Virus record (IMG/VR): IMGVR_UViG_3300025815_002670
Location: 13,671 to 77,670 of that record
Strand: one strand, 5' to 3'
From: a virus
Length of the DNA stretch: 64,000 bases
Shown here: one piece after another, positions 1-8,760 of the stretch
Layout of the letters: every line of letters starts with the position of its first letter
How positions within the stretch are numbered: the first letter of the stretch is position 1
The notes under the pieces: model-generated
What the model was told of the DNA's origin: nothing
Database searches by the model: none
What the model saw: the letters and a program-made list of their open reading frames with translations, nothing else
Position numbers and translations under genes: made by a program

Positions 1-2
1 CT

Positions 3-101
3 AGGACGCAAGTAGAGACAATGCAGTTTTTAGGATTGAGACACAACGATTTTCATACTTACAAAAATAAGTATGATCCAGTTTCTTACTTTGAGGATTA
101 G
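3..101 (+). CDS. 3' end of a hypothetical protein entering from the left edge (...RTQVETMQFLGLRHNDFHTYKNKYDPVSYFED*)
   Basis: Frame 3 is open from the window edge to TAG at 99-101, which abuts the tmRNA 5' end. Confidence 0.55.
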   Translation, partial: RTQVETMQFLGLRHNDFHTYKNKYDPVSYFED

Positions 102-437
102 GGGGGTGCACTGGATTCGACAGGGTAAATGAAGAGAATAGTGCAGGCAGTCGTGATGACTCAAAAAATCAAAAACAAATTAGTTGCCAACAACAACGCA
201 CACTTTGATTCCGTCCGCCTAGCGGCTTAATCAAGGAGGCTGATCAGAGCCTTCTATCCAATCTGGTCAACACAACAGACAAGTTGTAAAAATCAAAACA
301 ATTCAACGCAACAGGGCGGTGAGCGTTGATTTACAACCGCCTACCTTCTCTAGTTTGGATGGTAAAAACTAGACAAGCCTGTGGATGACTTGAATTGAAT
401 TTTATTCTGGACGCGGGTTCGATTCCCGCCACCTCCA
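102..437 (+). ncRNA. ssrA: tmRNA; tag peptide ANNNAHFDSVRLAA* (186-230); 3' CCA not encoded
   Basis: 5' GGGGGTG (102-108) pairs with CACCTCC (430-436), giving the G3.U70 alanine identity pair. GGATTCGAC follows near the 5' end, T-arm GCGGGTTCGATTCCCGC near the 3' end, TAGTT precedes resume codon GCC, and the tag ends LAA-stop. Confidence 0.95.
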
Positions 438-461
438 TTTCTGTCTTTTCTCTAACAGAAA

Positions 462-470
462 ACTATTTAT
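462..470 (+). promoter_or_regulatory. Candidate phage late promoter ACTATTTAT
   Basis: Recurrent motif upstream of start codons; here 28 nt before ATG 498. Confidence 0.6.
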
Positions 471-497
471 GAAAGTAAGACAGGGAGGATTCATGTC

Positions 498-767
498 ATG
501 TCTAAAGATGTTATGGACAAAGTTTGGAAAGTCTTCACAGTTGTCCTCGGTGTTGTGGTAGTTCCACTCGCAGGTTGGGTTTGGAACACCAACATTATGG
601 TTCACGAAATAACCAACGATCTTGGTGATGCCGAGAAGACCATTGAAAGCTTAGAAAACAAAGTCAAAGAAGCTGATGGAAACACGAAAGCCATCATTTC
701 CATCGAAAAAGACATCGAGTACATGAAAACAACCCTCGAAAGAATTGAGAGGTTTGTAACACAATGA
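498..767 (+). CDS. Small membrane protein: N-terminal TM helix plus coiled coil
   Basis: VFTVVLGVVVVPLAGWVW hydrophobic span, heptad-like C-terminus, GGGAGG RBS. Confidence 0.7.
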   Translation: MSKDVMDKVWKVFTVVLGVVVVPLAGWVWNTNIMVHEITNDLGDAEKTIESLENKVKEADGNTKAIISIEKDIEYMKTTLERIERFVTQ

Positions 768-1093
768 TTGAAACCTGGAGCTTGCTTTTCATCTTAGCCG
801 AAGAGCCAAAAAATAAAGTTTTTCTTGTTCAGGATGGTGATCTACAAGAAGAGCTTGCCGAAGGCATTGAAGAGTGTCACGAAGAGGTCGAGTCAGCTTA
901 CAGAAATGTTAAAGACCTCAGAACATCAATGTCTGGTCTTGAGTTCTTTATGAAAGACAGATTTCTTAAAGATGAATTCTGCTCTAATATTGAGTGGGAA
1001 CAGCCAAGCATCGATATTTACAAAGACGAACCAAAGTCCTATCTTCCAGAAGAGTGTCAGAAAGTTCTTGACGAATCAGAGCCAATAGACTAA
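764..1093 (+). CDS. Hypothetical acidic protein
   Basis: ATGA overlap with the upstream gene; 109 aa. Confidence 0.6.
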   Translation: MIETWSLLFILAEEPKNKVFLVQDGDLQEELAEGIEECHEEVESAYRNVKDLRTSMSGLEFFMKDRFLKDEFCSNIEWEQPSIDIYKDEPKSYLPEECQKVLDESEPID

Positions 1094-1113
1094 ACTCTTA
1101 TTAGGAACATAGA

Positions 1114-1293
1114 ATGAAATTCATGAAACAACTAGCCAAGCAGTATTTTGGTTTCCTTTTGGGACTTGTACTTGGCTCGGTTGTTGCAACTTTGACCACT
1201 TATGTCTTTTTTGCTTTTTACTACGGAGATATTCCAAAGGTCAATGTTGAAGAGTTTCAGGAATTCCAAGAATGCTTGTTAGATGAGGAATAG
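1114..1293 (+). CDS. 59-aa single-TM protein (not in ORF track)
   Basis: Read by hand: MKFMKQLAKQYFGFLLGLVLGSVVATLTTYVFFAFYYGDIPKVNVEEFQEFQECLLDEE*. AGGA RBS; stop abuts the next ATG. Confidence 0.65.
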   Translation: MKFMKQLAKQYFGFLLGLVLGSVVATLTTYVFFAFYYGDIPKVNVEEFQEFQECLLDEE

Positions 1294-1749
1294 ATGGGAA
1301 AGACAGTAGTAGTTTCAGGAGGTTTCGATCCAGTCCATGTTGGACACCTCCGCATGATGCAAGAAGCAGCAAAACACGGCGAGCTTATTGTGGTTATCAA
1401 CTCGGATCCATGGCTCATGAGAAAGAAGGGTTTTATTTTTATGCCCTTTTCAGAGAGGGCTGAGATCATTTCTGCTTTTGAGTGCGTTTCAAGGGTCGAA
1501 GTAGCACTAGACAGCGACAACACCGTTTGTCAGTCGCTTCGTGTAATAAAGCCTGACATTTTTGCTAATGGTGGAGATAGAACACCCGGCAGAGTCCCAG
1601 AGCAGGATGTGTGTGAAGAACTAGGAATCGAGATGCTTTGGAATGTTGGAGGCGGCAAGGTTCGCAGTTCATCGACTCTCGTAAGAGAAGCAACAGACAA
1701 TAAGAGAAAGTTAGATCTAGCACATTTTAGAGAGACAACCGCTATTTAG
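1294..1749 (+). CDS. Cytidylyltransferase-like protein (TagD/RfaE-II family)
   Basis: SGGFDPVHVGH (HxGH), ERAEII, FANGGDR and SSS motifs. Confidence 0.88.
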   Translation: MGKTVVVSGGFDPVHVGHLRMMQEAAKHGELIVVINSDPWLMRKKGFIFMPFSERAEIISAFECVSRVEVALDSDNTVCQSLRVIKPDIFANGGDRTPGRVPEQDVCEELGIEMLWNVGGGKVRSSSTLVREATDNKRKLDLAHFRETTAI

Positions 1750-1760
1750 AAACTTTCGGA

Positions 1761-1792
1761 GCCCGCCTAAACATAGGCGGGTTTCGTTGTTT
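1761..1792 (+). terminator. Intrinsic terminator
   Basis: GCCCGCCTA-aaca-TAGGCGGGT stem followed by TTCGTTGTTT. Confidence 0.75.
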
Positions 1793-1842
1793 AACACTAC
1801 TTACTATGAGCCTGATGAGGGCTAAACGAGGTACTACTCAGT

Positions 1843-3198
1843 ATGGCAAAAAAAACCTATGTGCTTGACACAAGCGCATGTTTGACAGATGCAGACTGCA
1901 TCTTTAACTACGCAAATAACGATATCATTATTCCGTTAAAAGTTCTTCAAGAAATAGATAAACACAAGAAGAGACAGGATAGCGTCGGTATCAACGCAAG
2001 AATGATTATTCGTTCCCTTGACGAACTGCGCACCAAAGGTTGCTTACAGAAAGGCGTCAGGCTTGGTAAGGGAAAAGGAATTCTAAAAGTTGCTGGTGGG
2101 AACCCAGATGTTCTACCATCCGATCTCGACTCTAGTGTCCCTGACCATGAAATTATTTCTACTGCTCTGCACGAAGACGCCACTAACGGAAGCAGAAAAA
2201 CTGTTCTTGTAAGCCGCGATATTAACATGCGAGTTATTTGCGATTCGCTTGGAATAACGAGTGAGGACTATACCGAGAACGAGGTCATCAAGCGGGAGTC
2301 GGATTTTTATTCAGGTTTCACGACTATTCTTGTAGATGACCAAACCATAGACCAGTTCTATGATGGCAGCAAGATCAAAGTATCCGAAGAAGAAAATCGC
2401 GGTTTGTTTCCTAACGAGTTCGTCATGTTGGTTTCCAGTTCCAACGATAAGAAAACAGCACTTTGTAGGTTTATTGACTACCAGTTTCCTCTAATGCCTG
2501 TGGTTCAATTCAAACAAGGACTTTGGGGTGTAAAAGCAAGAAACAAGGAACAAATGTTTGCCCTTGATCTTCTAATGGACCCAGAAGTCCAAGTTGTCTC
2601 ACTCGTCGGTAAAGCCGGCTCTGGTAAGACCCTAATAGCAATTGCGGCTGGGTTAGAACAGGTTATGAGCACAATAGATGTTAAGTACGGACTAAAAGAA
2701 GGAACTTCTAATGATGTCTGCTACAAGCGTCTTGTCGTGTCTCGTCCAGTTATGCCCATGGGTAAAGACATTGGCTTCCTTCCAGGCACAATGGAAGAGA
2801 AGATGGCTCCATGGCTCGCTCCCGTGCAAGACAATCTAAAGTTCCTAACTGGCGACGATCAAACAACGCTTGACGAGTACATGCAACGTGGTCTTATTGA
2901 AATGGAAGCGCTAACTTACATTCGTGGTCGCTCCATCGCCAACGCCTTCATCGTCATCGACGAGGCACAGAACCTTACAGCACATGAGGTCAAAACTATT
3001 TTGACCCGCGTTGGTGAAGGCACAAAGATCGTCCTAACTGGCGACATTGAGCAGATCGACAACATTTACATCAACGAAATGTCGTCTGGCCTCACACATG
3101 CAGTAGAAAAAATGAAAGAGTTTGGCATTACTGGACACGTTACTTTGAAGAAGGGCGAGCGTTCAGAAGTTGCCACACTTGCAGCGAAAGTATTATAA
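1843..3198 (+). CDS. phoH: PIN domain-PhoH ATPase fusion (PhoH2/YlaK type)
   Basis: N-terminal PIN (YVLDTS, LQEID, DHEI, SRDINMR); Walker A GKAGSGKT; IGFLPG, YIRGRS, IDEAQN, GDIEQID. Confidence 0.92.
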   Translation: MAKKTYVLDTSACLTDADCIFNYANNDIIIPLKVLQEIDKHKKRQDSVGINARMIIRSLDELRTKGCLQKGVRLGKGKGILKVAGGNPDVLPSDLDSSVPDHEIISTALHEDATNGSRKTVLVSRDINMRVICDSLGITSEDYTENEVIKRESDFYSGFTTILVDDQTIDQFYDGSKIKVSEEENRGLFPNEFVMLVSSSNDKKTALCRFIDYQFPLMPVVQFKQGLWGVKARNKEQMFALDLLMDPEVQVVSLVGKAGSGKTLIAIAAGLEQVMSTIDVKYGLKEGTSNDVCYKRLVVSRPVMPMGKDIGFLPGTMEEKMAPWLAPVQDNLKFLTGDDQTTLDEYMQRGLIEMEALTYIRGRSIANAFIVIDEAQNLTAHEVKTILTRVGEGTKIVLTGDIEQIDNIYINEMSSGLTHAVEKMKEFGITGHVTLKKGERSEVATLAAKVL

Positions 3199-3201
3199 AA
3201 C

Positions 3202-3230
3202 TTGACAAGATAAAAATAGTTTATTATATT
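3202..3230 (+). promoter_or_regulatory. Sigma70-type promoter TTGACA-17-TATATT
   Basis: Near-consensus -35/-10 in the intergenic gap, followed by AAGGAG RBS and ATG 3248. Confidence 0.75.
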
Positions 3231-3247
3231 GTTAGAAAGGAGCAAAA

Positions 3248-3592
3248 ATGCTGACAAAAGAGACACTCAGCAAACATGAAACCAACCCAACATTAAAGGC
3301 ACCGGTCGTCCCAAACACACAGATGAAGGAATGGCTGGTAAACTATGTCGGAGAACACTTCGCAGCCGAGAAGGAACGCTTTGAGGAGGCGATGGGACAA
3401 GAATTTAAGTGGGACGGCTCGGTGACCGTTGAAATGGTTGCAGAACTGATGATCCGAGAGTTCCCAGAGTTTATGCTTGCCGTCGCCGAAGAAAACTTTA
3501 TGAGAGGCTATCGTCAGGCTCTATCGGATGTAGAATACACAGAAGACCTTGAAAGGCACTTCGTTGGAGCAGAAGATGGGCAGCAAGGATAA
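3248..3592 (+). CDS. Hypothetical protein
   Basis: 114 aa; strong RBS and promoter. Confidence 0.75.
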   Translation: MLTKETLSKHETNPTLKAPVVPNTQMKEWLVNYVGEHFAAEKERFEEAMGQEFKWDGSVTVEMVAELMIREFPEFMLAVAEENFMRGYRQALSDVEYTEDLERHFVGAEDGQQG

Positions 3593-4268
3593 GATACAAA
3601 AGATCATCGAAAACTCTTTGCAGAACTTCAACAGGACACAGAGAGAATATTCGATTCTTGGCAAGATGTTCTACCTCCAACAACATTTCCACGGAGAGGT
3701 AGAGGTTGATAAGGTCATCGAAAAGATAGAAAGGATGATGCCTCCACACCTCTTCGACGAAATAGATATGGTTATAGTTGATGACTATGACTTCCTCCGC
3801 GAGAGAGAACTGGAAGCGCTCTACAAGGACGGAGCCATCTACTTAACCCCTTTCCTTTACACCGATCGCGATGTCATAGAAAACATCATCCACGAGGTTT
3901 CCCACTCTATTGAGGAGCGCCTTGGCAGGATCATCTACGGAGACGGAAAGTTAAGAAAGGAGTTCCAGATCAAGAGAGATACTTTAGTTCGCCACCTCGA
4001 CGCACACGAGTACGACACAAGCGGGTTAGATTTTGAAGATGTAGAATACAACCTTGCATTTGACGAGTTTTTACATAAAGAGGTTGGCTACGCAAACTTG
4101 AGAAACTTTACAGAAGGTGTTTTTCACCGCCCATATGCAGCAACAAGTTTGAGAGAATATTGGGCAGCGGGCTTTGAAGACTATTTTATCGGAGACGCCG
4201 AAGAAGTCGCCCGTCTAAGCCCGGTACTATTTAGTAAAATAGAGGAGGTTGTTTCGTATGAGGATTGA
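3576..4268 (+). CDS. Zincin-like metallopeptidase-fold protein
   Basis: IIHEVSHSIE (HExxH) plus downstream EYWAAGF third-ligand-like motif; ATG 3576 with GGAG RBS preferred over TTG 3549. Confidence 0.6.
   Translation: MGSKDKIQKIIENSLQNFNRTQREYSILGKMFYLQQHFHGEVEVDKVIEKIERMMPPHLFDEIDMVIVDDYDFLRERELEALYKDGAIYLTPFLYTDRDVIENIIHEVSHSIEERLGRIIYGDGKLRKEFQIKRDTLVRHLDAHEYDTSGLDFEDVEYNLAFDEFLHKEVGYANLRNFTEGVFHRPYAATSLREYWAAGFEDYFIGDAEEVARLSPVLFSKIEEVVSYED
4226..4234 (+). promoter_or_regulatory. Candidate late promoter ACTATTTAG
   Basis: Motif followed by GAGGAGG RBS and ATG 4258. Confidence 0.5.
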
Positions 4269-4605
4269 AAAGTTTGAAGTAGAGGAGAAGGACAACAAGA
4301 TTCATGTATTCGTTCAGATACCACATTCCAGTCAAAACAGAAATATTGAGCGTTTCCGCTGCAAAACTAGTGACGTTCTAGCCATACTTGAAGAGAAGGG
4401 TGTTGAGGTTGGAGAGTGTGTTTCGTCCGCAGAACTAAAGAACTGGAGAGACTATTCCCGTAGAGGAACTTGGGTTTTTGAAAAGAAAGTTGAAAAAGTG
4501 CTTGACCCAGACCCAGAACCGATTATAATAGAAGAAGAGAAACCAGTGCCGGCTCGTAAGAGGCGCACTAGATCTTCAACCACGAAGGTCTCTACTGAGG
4601 AATAA
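4258..4605 (+). CDS. Hypothetical protein with basic C-terminal tail
   Basis: GAGGAGG RBS; ARKRRTRS tail. Confidence 0.65.
   Translation: MRIEKFEVEEKDNKIHVFVQIPHSSQNRNIERFRCKTSDVLAILEEKGVEVGECVSSAELKNWRDYSRRGTWVFEKKVEKVLDPDPEPIIIEEEKPVPARKRRTRSSTTKVSTEE
4502..4529 (+). promoter_or_regulatory. Sigma70-type promoter TTGACC-16-TATAAT inside the upstream CDS
   Basis: Perfect -10 and 5/6 -35, about 75 nt upstream of the nuclease gene. Confidence 0.5.
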
Positions 4606-5370
4606 TTGGCCCACGTTTCGTATTCAGAGATTAAGATTTGGCACGAGTGCCCCTACAAGCATAAACTACAATACATTGACAAGATCGCAGGCTTCAAAGG
4701 CAACCTGCACACCGCCTTTGGAACTGCGATTCACTCCGTTTGTGAGCACGGTCTCCTAGACGAAAACCTAGACCGAGGCGCACACTTCTTAAAGGAGTTC
4801 GCAAAAGAGGTTGCCTCCCTGGAAGAAAAGGAAGTTGTTATTGAACTCGATCTCAAAGAGCAGATGATGGGACAGTACAAGCCCATTGTCGATTCTTTCC
4901 GTGACGAACTTGACAACTACTTTGAGGACTGTGAAGTCGTCGCAACCGAAGAGCAGCTTTATGAGGACATTGAGGGCGAAAACATGAAGTTTAAGGGCTT
5001 CATTGACCTCGTTGTAAAGACAAACGATGGAAAGTACCACATCCTTGACTGGAAGACCTGTTCCTGGGGTTGGGACTCCAAAAAGAAGGCTGACAAGATT
5101 ATTAACTATCAGCTTACCCTCTACAAGTATTTTTGGGCAAAAAAGCATGGAGTGCCGCTTGATATGGTTGAGACGCACTTCGGGCTTCTCAAGCGAACCG
5201 CAAAGAAGAACAACACAGAGATTTTCAGGGTTACAAGTGGAAAGATAAAAATGAAAAATGCCTTGACATTTCTTGATAAGGCAGTTAAGAATATAAAAAG
5301 GAACATGACCATCAAGAATCGTCTTTCTTGCAAGGGTTGTGCGTTTTATAAAACGGAACATTGCCGTTAG
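4606..5370 (+). CDS. PD-(D/E)xK exonuclease, Cas4/RecB-like, with probable Fe-S cysteines
   Basis: SYSEI..WHECP, FGTAIH, GFIDLV, ILDWKT, QLTLY, C-terminal CKGCAFYKTEHC; TTG start after GAGG. Confidence 0.85.
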   Translation: MAHVSYSEIKIWHECPYKHKLQYIDKIAGFKGNLHTAFGTAIHSVCEHGLLDENLDRGAHFLKEFAKEVASLEEKEVVIELDLKEQMMGQYKPIVDSFRDELDNYFEDCEVVATEEQLYEDIEGENMKFKGFIDLVVKTNDGKYHILDWKTCSWGWDSKKKADKIINYQLTLYKYFWAKKHGVPLDMVETHFGLLKRTAKKNNTEIFRVTSGKIKMKNALTFLDKAVKNIKRNMTIKNRLSCKGCAFYKTEHCR

Positions 5371-5378
5371 AGGTTTAG

Positions 5379-6647
5379 ATGAGTGAAAAGAAGACGATCC
5401 TAGTTATCTCGGATCACCCGTTAGCGCCCTCTGGTGTTGGAACACAGACGAACTACATTATCCAGACACTATTGAGAACCGGTCGCTACAAGTTTATTTG
5501 TTTAGGTGGTGCGGTAAAGCATCAGAACTACCAGCCCCAGAACATCCAGGGAGACGCATGGGATGACGGCGATTTCGTCGTGCATCCCGTTGACGGTTAT
5601 GGAAATGCTGACATTATTCGTTCAGTCCTATGGACGGAGAAGCCAGATATGCTTTGGTTTATGACCGACCCGCGTTTCTACAACTGGCTTTGGCAGATTG
5701 AAAACGAGATTCGTGCCCTCGTCCCAATGGTCTATTACCATGTTTGGGACAACTACCCACCGCCAAAGTTCAATGCAAAGTGGTATAACTCAACAGATGT
5801 CATCGCATCTATTTCCAAGGTCACGCACGACATTGTAAGCCAGGTCGCCCCGGATGTTGAGAACCACTACATCCCTCACGCGGTCAATGGCGAGATCTTC
5901 CGTAAGTTGGACAGCGAGGTCATTGAGGAGTTTAAGAACACAAACTTCCCAGACCACAACGACCGGATGATCTTTTTCTGGAACAACCGTAACGCCCGCC
6001 GCAAGCAGTCCGGCACGCTCATCAACTGGTTCAACAAGTTCGCCGAGCGAGTTGGTCCAGACAAGGTTTGCCTCATTATGCACACCGATCCAAAGGATCC
6101 AAATGGTCAGGATCTAGAGGTCATCCTCAAGGACTACGACATTGCCGACGGTCGCATTGTTATCTCCAGAAACAAGATGCCAGCCGAAGGTCTTGCTTTA
6201 ATGTATAACATGGCTGACTGCACCATCAACATTTCAGATGCCGAAGGCTTTGGTCTTGCCACCCTTGAGTCTCTTTCTTGTGGAACTCCCATCATCGTCA
6301 ACATGACCGGTGGACTACAGGAGCAGGTCACGGACGGAGAGGAGTGGTTTGGTATTGGCCTTGAGCCGTCCTCTAAGGCCCTTATCGGCTCACAGACAGT
6401 TCCATACATCTACGAGGACCGTTTGAGCGAGGAACAAGTTGTAGGGGCCTTAGAGCGCTTCTACAACCTATCACAAGAAGAGCGTGATGCAATGGGCGAG
6501 AAGGGTATGGCTCATGTCCAGGCTAACTACAACTTTGAGGACTTTACGACTCGTTGGGTTGAACTAGTTGACGACATTGTTGAGCGTCTTGGATCATGGG
6601 AAAACAGAAAGGGCTACAAGGCTTGGGAACTTAAGGAGGCAATGTGA
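5379..6647 (+). CDS. GT-B (GT4-like) glycosyltransferase
   Basis: SGVG, NRNARRK, EGFGLATLESLSCGTP, TGGLQEQV. Confidence 0.88.
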   Translation: MSEKKTILVISDHPLAPSGVGTQTNYIIQTLLRTGRYKFICLGGAVKHQNYQPQNIQGDAWDDGDFVVHPVDGYGNADIIRSVLWTEKPDMLWFMTDPRFYNWLWQIENEIRALVPMVYYHVWDNYPPPKFNAKWYNSTDVIASISKVTHDIVSQVAPDVENHYIPHAVNGEIFRKLDSEVIEEFKNTNFPDHNDRMIFFWNNRNARRKQSGTLINWFNKFAERVGPDKVCLIMHTDPKDPNGQDLEVILKDYDIADGRIVISRNKMPAEGLALMYNMADCTINISDAEGFGLATLESLSCGTPIIVNMTGGLQEQVTDGEEWFGIGLEPSSKALIGSQTVPYIYEDRLSEEQVVGALERFYNLSQEERDAMGEKGMAHVQANYNFEDFTTRWVELVDDIVERLGSWENRKGYKAWELKEAM

Positions 6648-7912
6648 AAAAGACAGTTTTAGTAAGAGGGCCGGCCCTCACACAGTCAGGCTACGGCGAG
6701 CACACCCGCTTTGTTCTTCGCGCCCTAAGGATGCGAGAGGACGAGTTTGACATCCACATCCTTCCCACAAAATGGGGAGAGACTGGCTGGCTCGCTATTC
6801 CAGGCGAGGAGCGAGAGTGGATCGATCAGCAGGTAAACAAGGCAACAGTCCATCTCCATCAGAATCTTCCTTACGACATTTCTGTCCAAGTCACCATCCC
6901 CAATGAGTGGCAAAAGATGGCAGCGGTCAACATCGGTGTCACAGCGGGCATCGAGACAAACAAGGTCGCCCCTGTGTGGATCCAGCAGGCCAACCTGATG
7001 GACAAGATCATTACGATTTCTGAACACTCCAAGGCCGGCTTTGGTGCAGTCTATTCAGGCCAGCACCCGCAGACCGGGCAGCAGATTCATCTTGCTAACC
7101 AAACTCCTGTGGAGATCGCTCACTACCCAGTAAAGACTTTTGACGAACTACCTGAACTAGACCTAAACCTTGAGCACGACTTCAACTACCTTGCAGTCGC
7201 CCAATGGGGTCCACGAAAGAATATCCAAAACCTTATTCGTTGGTTTGTAGAAGAGAACCACGACGAGGAAGTTGGTCTTATTGTAAAGATGAGCTTAAAG
7301 AATAATTCTGTTGTCGACCGCGAGTTTGCCCTCCAGCAAATCGAAAACTCTATCCCCGTTATCCCCGACCGCAAGTGCAAGGTCTACCTTCTACACGGGG
7401 ACATGTCTGAGAGCGAAATGCATGCCCTCTACAAGCATCCTAAGGTCAAGGCAATGGTTTCGCTCACTCACGGCGAAGGCTACGGTCTACCCCTATTTGA
7501 AGCCGCCTACAGCGGTCTTCCTATTATTGCCCCTGGCTGGTCTGGTCAGTGCGACTTCCTTTACATGCCATGGGAGTCCAAGTCAAAGAAGAATAAGGAC
7601 AAGAAGAAGGCGATGTTTGCCGAGGTTGATTTCACTCTTGGGCCTGTCCCTGACGCTGCTCTGTGGCAAGGCGTCATTGAAAAGGGGATGTCTTGGTGCT
7701 ACCCAACCGAGGGCTCTTTCAAGCTTCGCATGCGCCAAGTCCGAAAGAACTATGATAAGTGGCGGGCAAAGGCCGAGGAACTTCAGGCTTGGGTTTGCGA
7801 AGAGTTTGCTTGGGATAAGAAGCATGAGGAACTTTCTATATCTATTTGGGATAGAAAAGAGTATATTAAACTTCAGGAAGAAATTGATAGTTTATTAGAA
7901 GATCTACTATGA
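6644..7912 (+). CDS. GT-B (GT4-like) glycosyltransferase
   Basis: SGYGEH, QWGPRKN, EGYGLPLFEAAYSGLP. Confidence 0.88.
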   Translation: MKKTVLVRGPALTQSGYGEHTRFVLRALRMREDEFDIHILPTKWGETGWLAIPGEEREWIDQQVNKATVHLHQNLPYDISVQVTIPNEWQKMAAVNIGVTAGIETNKVAPVWIQQANLMDKIITISEHSKAGFGAVYSGQHPQTGQQIHLANQTPVEIAHYPVKTFDELPELDLNLEHDFNYLAVAQWGPRKNIQNLIRWFVEENHDEEVGLIVKMSLKNNSVVDREFALQQIENSIPVIPDRKCKVYLLHGDMSESEMHALYKHPKVKAMVSLTHGEGYGLPLFEAAYSGLPIIAPGWSGQCDFLYMPWESKSKKNKDKKKAMFAEVDFTLGPVPDAALWQGVIEKGMSWCYPTEGSFKLRMRQVRKNYDKWRAKAEELQAWVCEEFAWDKKHEELSISIWDRKEYIKLQEEIDSLLEDLL

Positions 7913-8760
7913 AACCTAAAATTTATTTCATCGCGGACATGTTTGCAGAAGATTATATTGGAGGAGCAGAGCTAACAACTAAAGCCATTATGCAGGCGTG
8001 CAAGAACTATGAAATTGAAAAAATACATTCTCATAAGTTAACTCTAGAAATTTTAGAAAATAATAAACAAAATCATTTTATTGTTTGTAATTTTTCAAAT
8101 TTAGATGATAAGAATAAGATTTATATGTGCAAAAACAATCATTACTCTATTATTGAGTATGATTACAAATTTTGTAAATATAGATCAACTGTTAAACACA
8201 AGCAGGCTGAAGGGATTGAGTGTAATTGTGTTGAACAAATGCATGGAAAGATCAATAGTGCTTTTTATGGATATGCTTCAAAAATATGGTTTATGAGTCA
8301 AGAACAGAAAAACATATTTATAGATAATGTTGTGACAATAAAGAAAGAAAATTGTAGTGTGCTAAGTTCAGTTTTTTCAGATGGAGATCTTAGATTCATT
8401 CAGTCGTTAAAAGACAATGAAAAAAATGATAAGTATTTAATCTTAGATTCTAACTCATGGATTAAAAACACTACAGGATGTATTGAATATGCAATCAGTA
8501 ACAATTTAGGCTATGAGCTAATAAAGAACTTGCCTTATCATGAGCTTCTGATTAAGATGTCTACATCAAGAGGCTTGATCTTTATGCCAACAGCCCCAGA
8601 CACTTGTCCAAGATTTGTTATAGAAGGCAAGCTTCTAGGACTAAAACTACATTTAAATGATTTTGTTCAGCATAAAGACGAATCTTGGTTTTTAAATCCA
8701 GAAAGCACCTATGAATATTTGATTAAAAGAGTAGAATATTTTTGGAGTTTTTATGAATAA
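7909..8760 (+). CDS. Putative glycosyltransferase (GT-B-like)
   Basis: IGGAELT N-terminal motif; DTCPRFVIEGKLLG acidic-x7-E-like motif. Confidence 0.6.
   Translation: MKPKIYFIADMFAEDYIGGAELTTKAIMQACKNYEIEKIHSHKLTLEILENNKQNHFIVCNFSNLDDKNKIYMCKNNHYSIIEYDYKFCKYRSTVKHKQAEGIECNCVEQMHGKINSAFYGYASKIWFMSQEQKNIFIDNVVTIKKENCSVLSSVFSDGDLRFIQSLKDNEKNDKYLILDSNSWIKNTTGCIEYAISNNLGYELIKNLPYHELLIKMSTSRGLIFMPTAPDTCPRFVIEGKLLGLKLHLNDFVQHKDESWFLNPESTYEYLIKRVEYFWSFYE

Noticed and set aside
405-437. Stand-alone tRNA
   Set aside because: The T-arm and acceptor 3' strand pair with 102-108 and enclose a tag ORF, so it is the tmRNA 3' end
402-605. Minus-strand 67-aa ORF ending WRWRESNPRPE
   Set aside because: This is the antisense reading of the tmRNA T-arm and acceptor stem, a well-known spurious translation
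4606-5370. CRISPR-Cas locus
   Set aside because: Cas4-like gene only; no cas1/cas2 and no repeat-spacer array seen in the window
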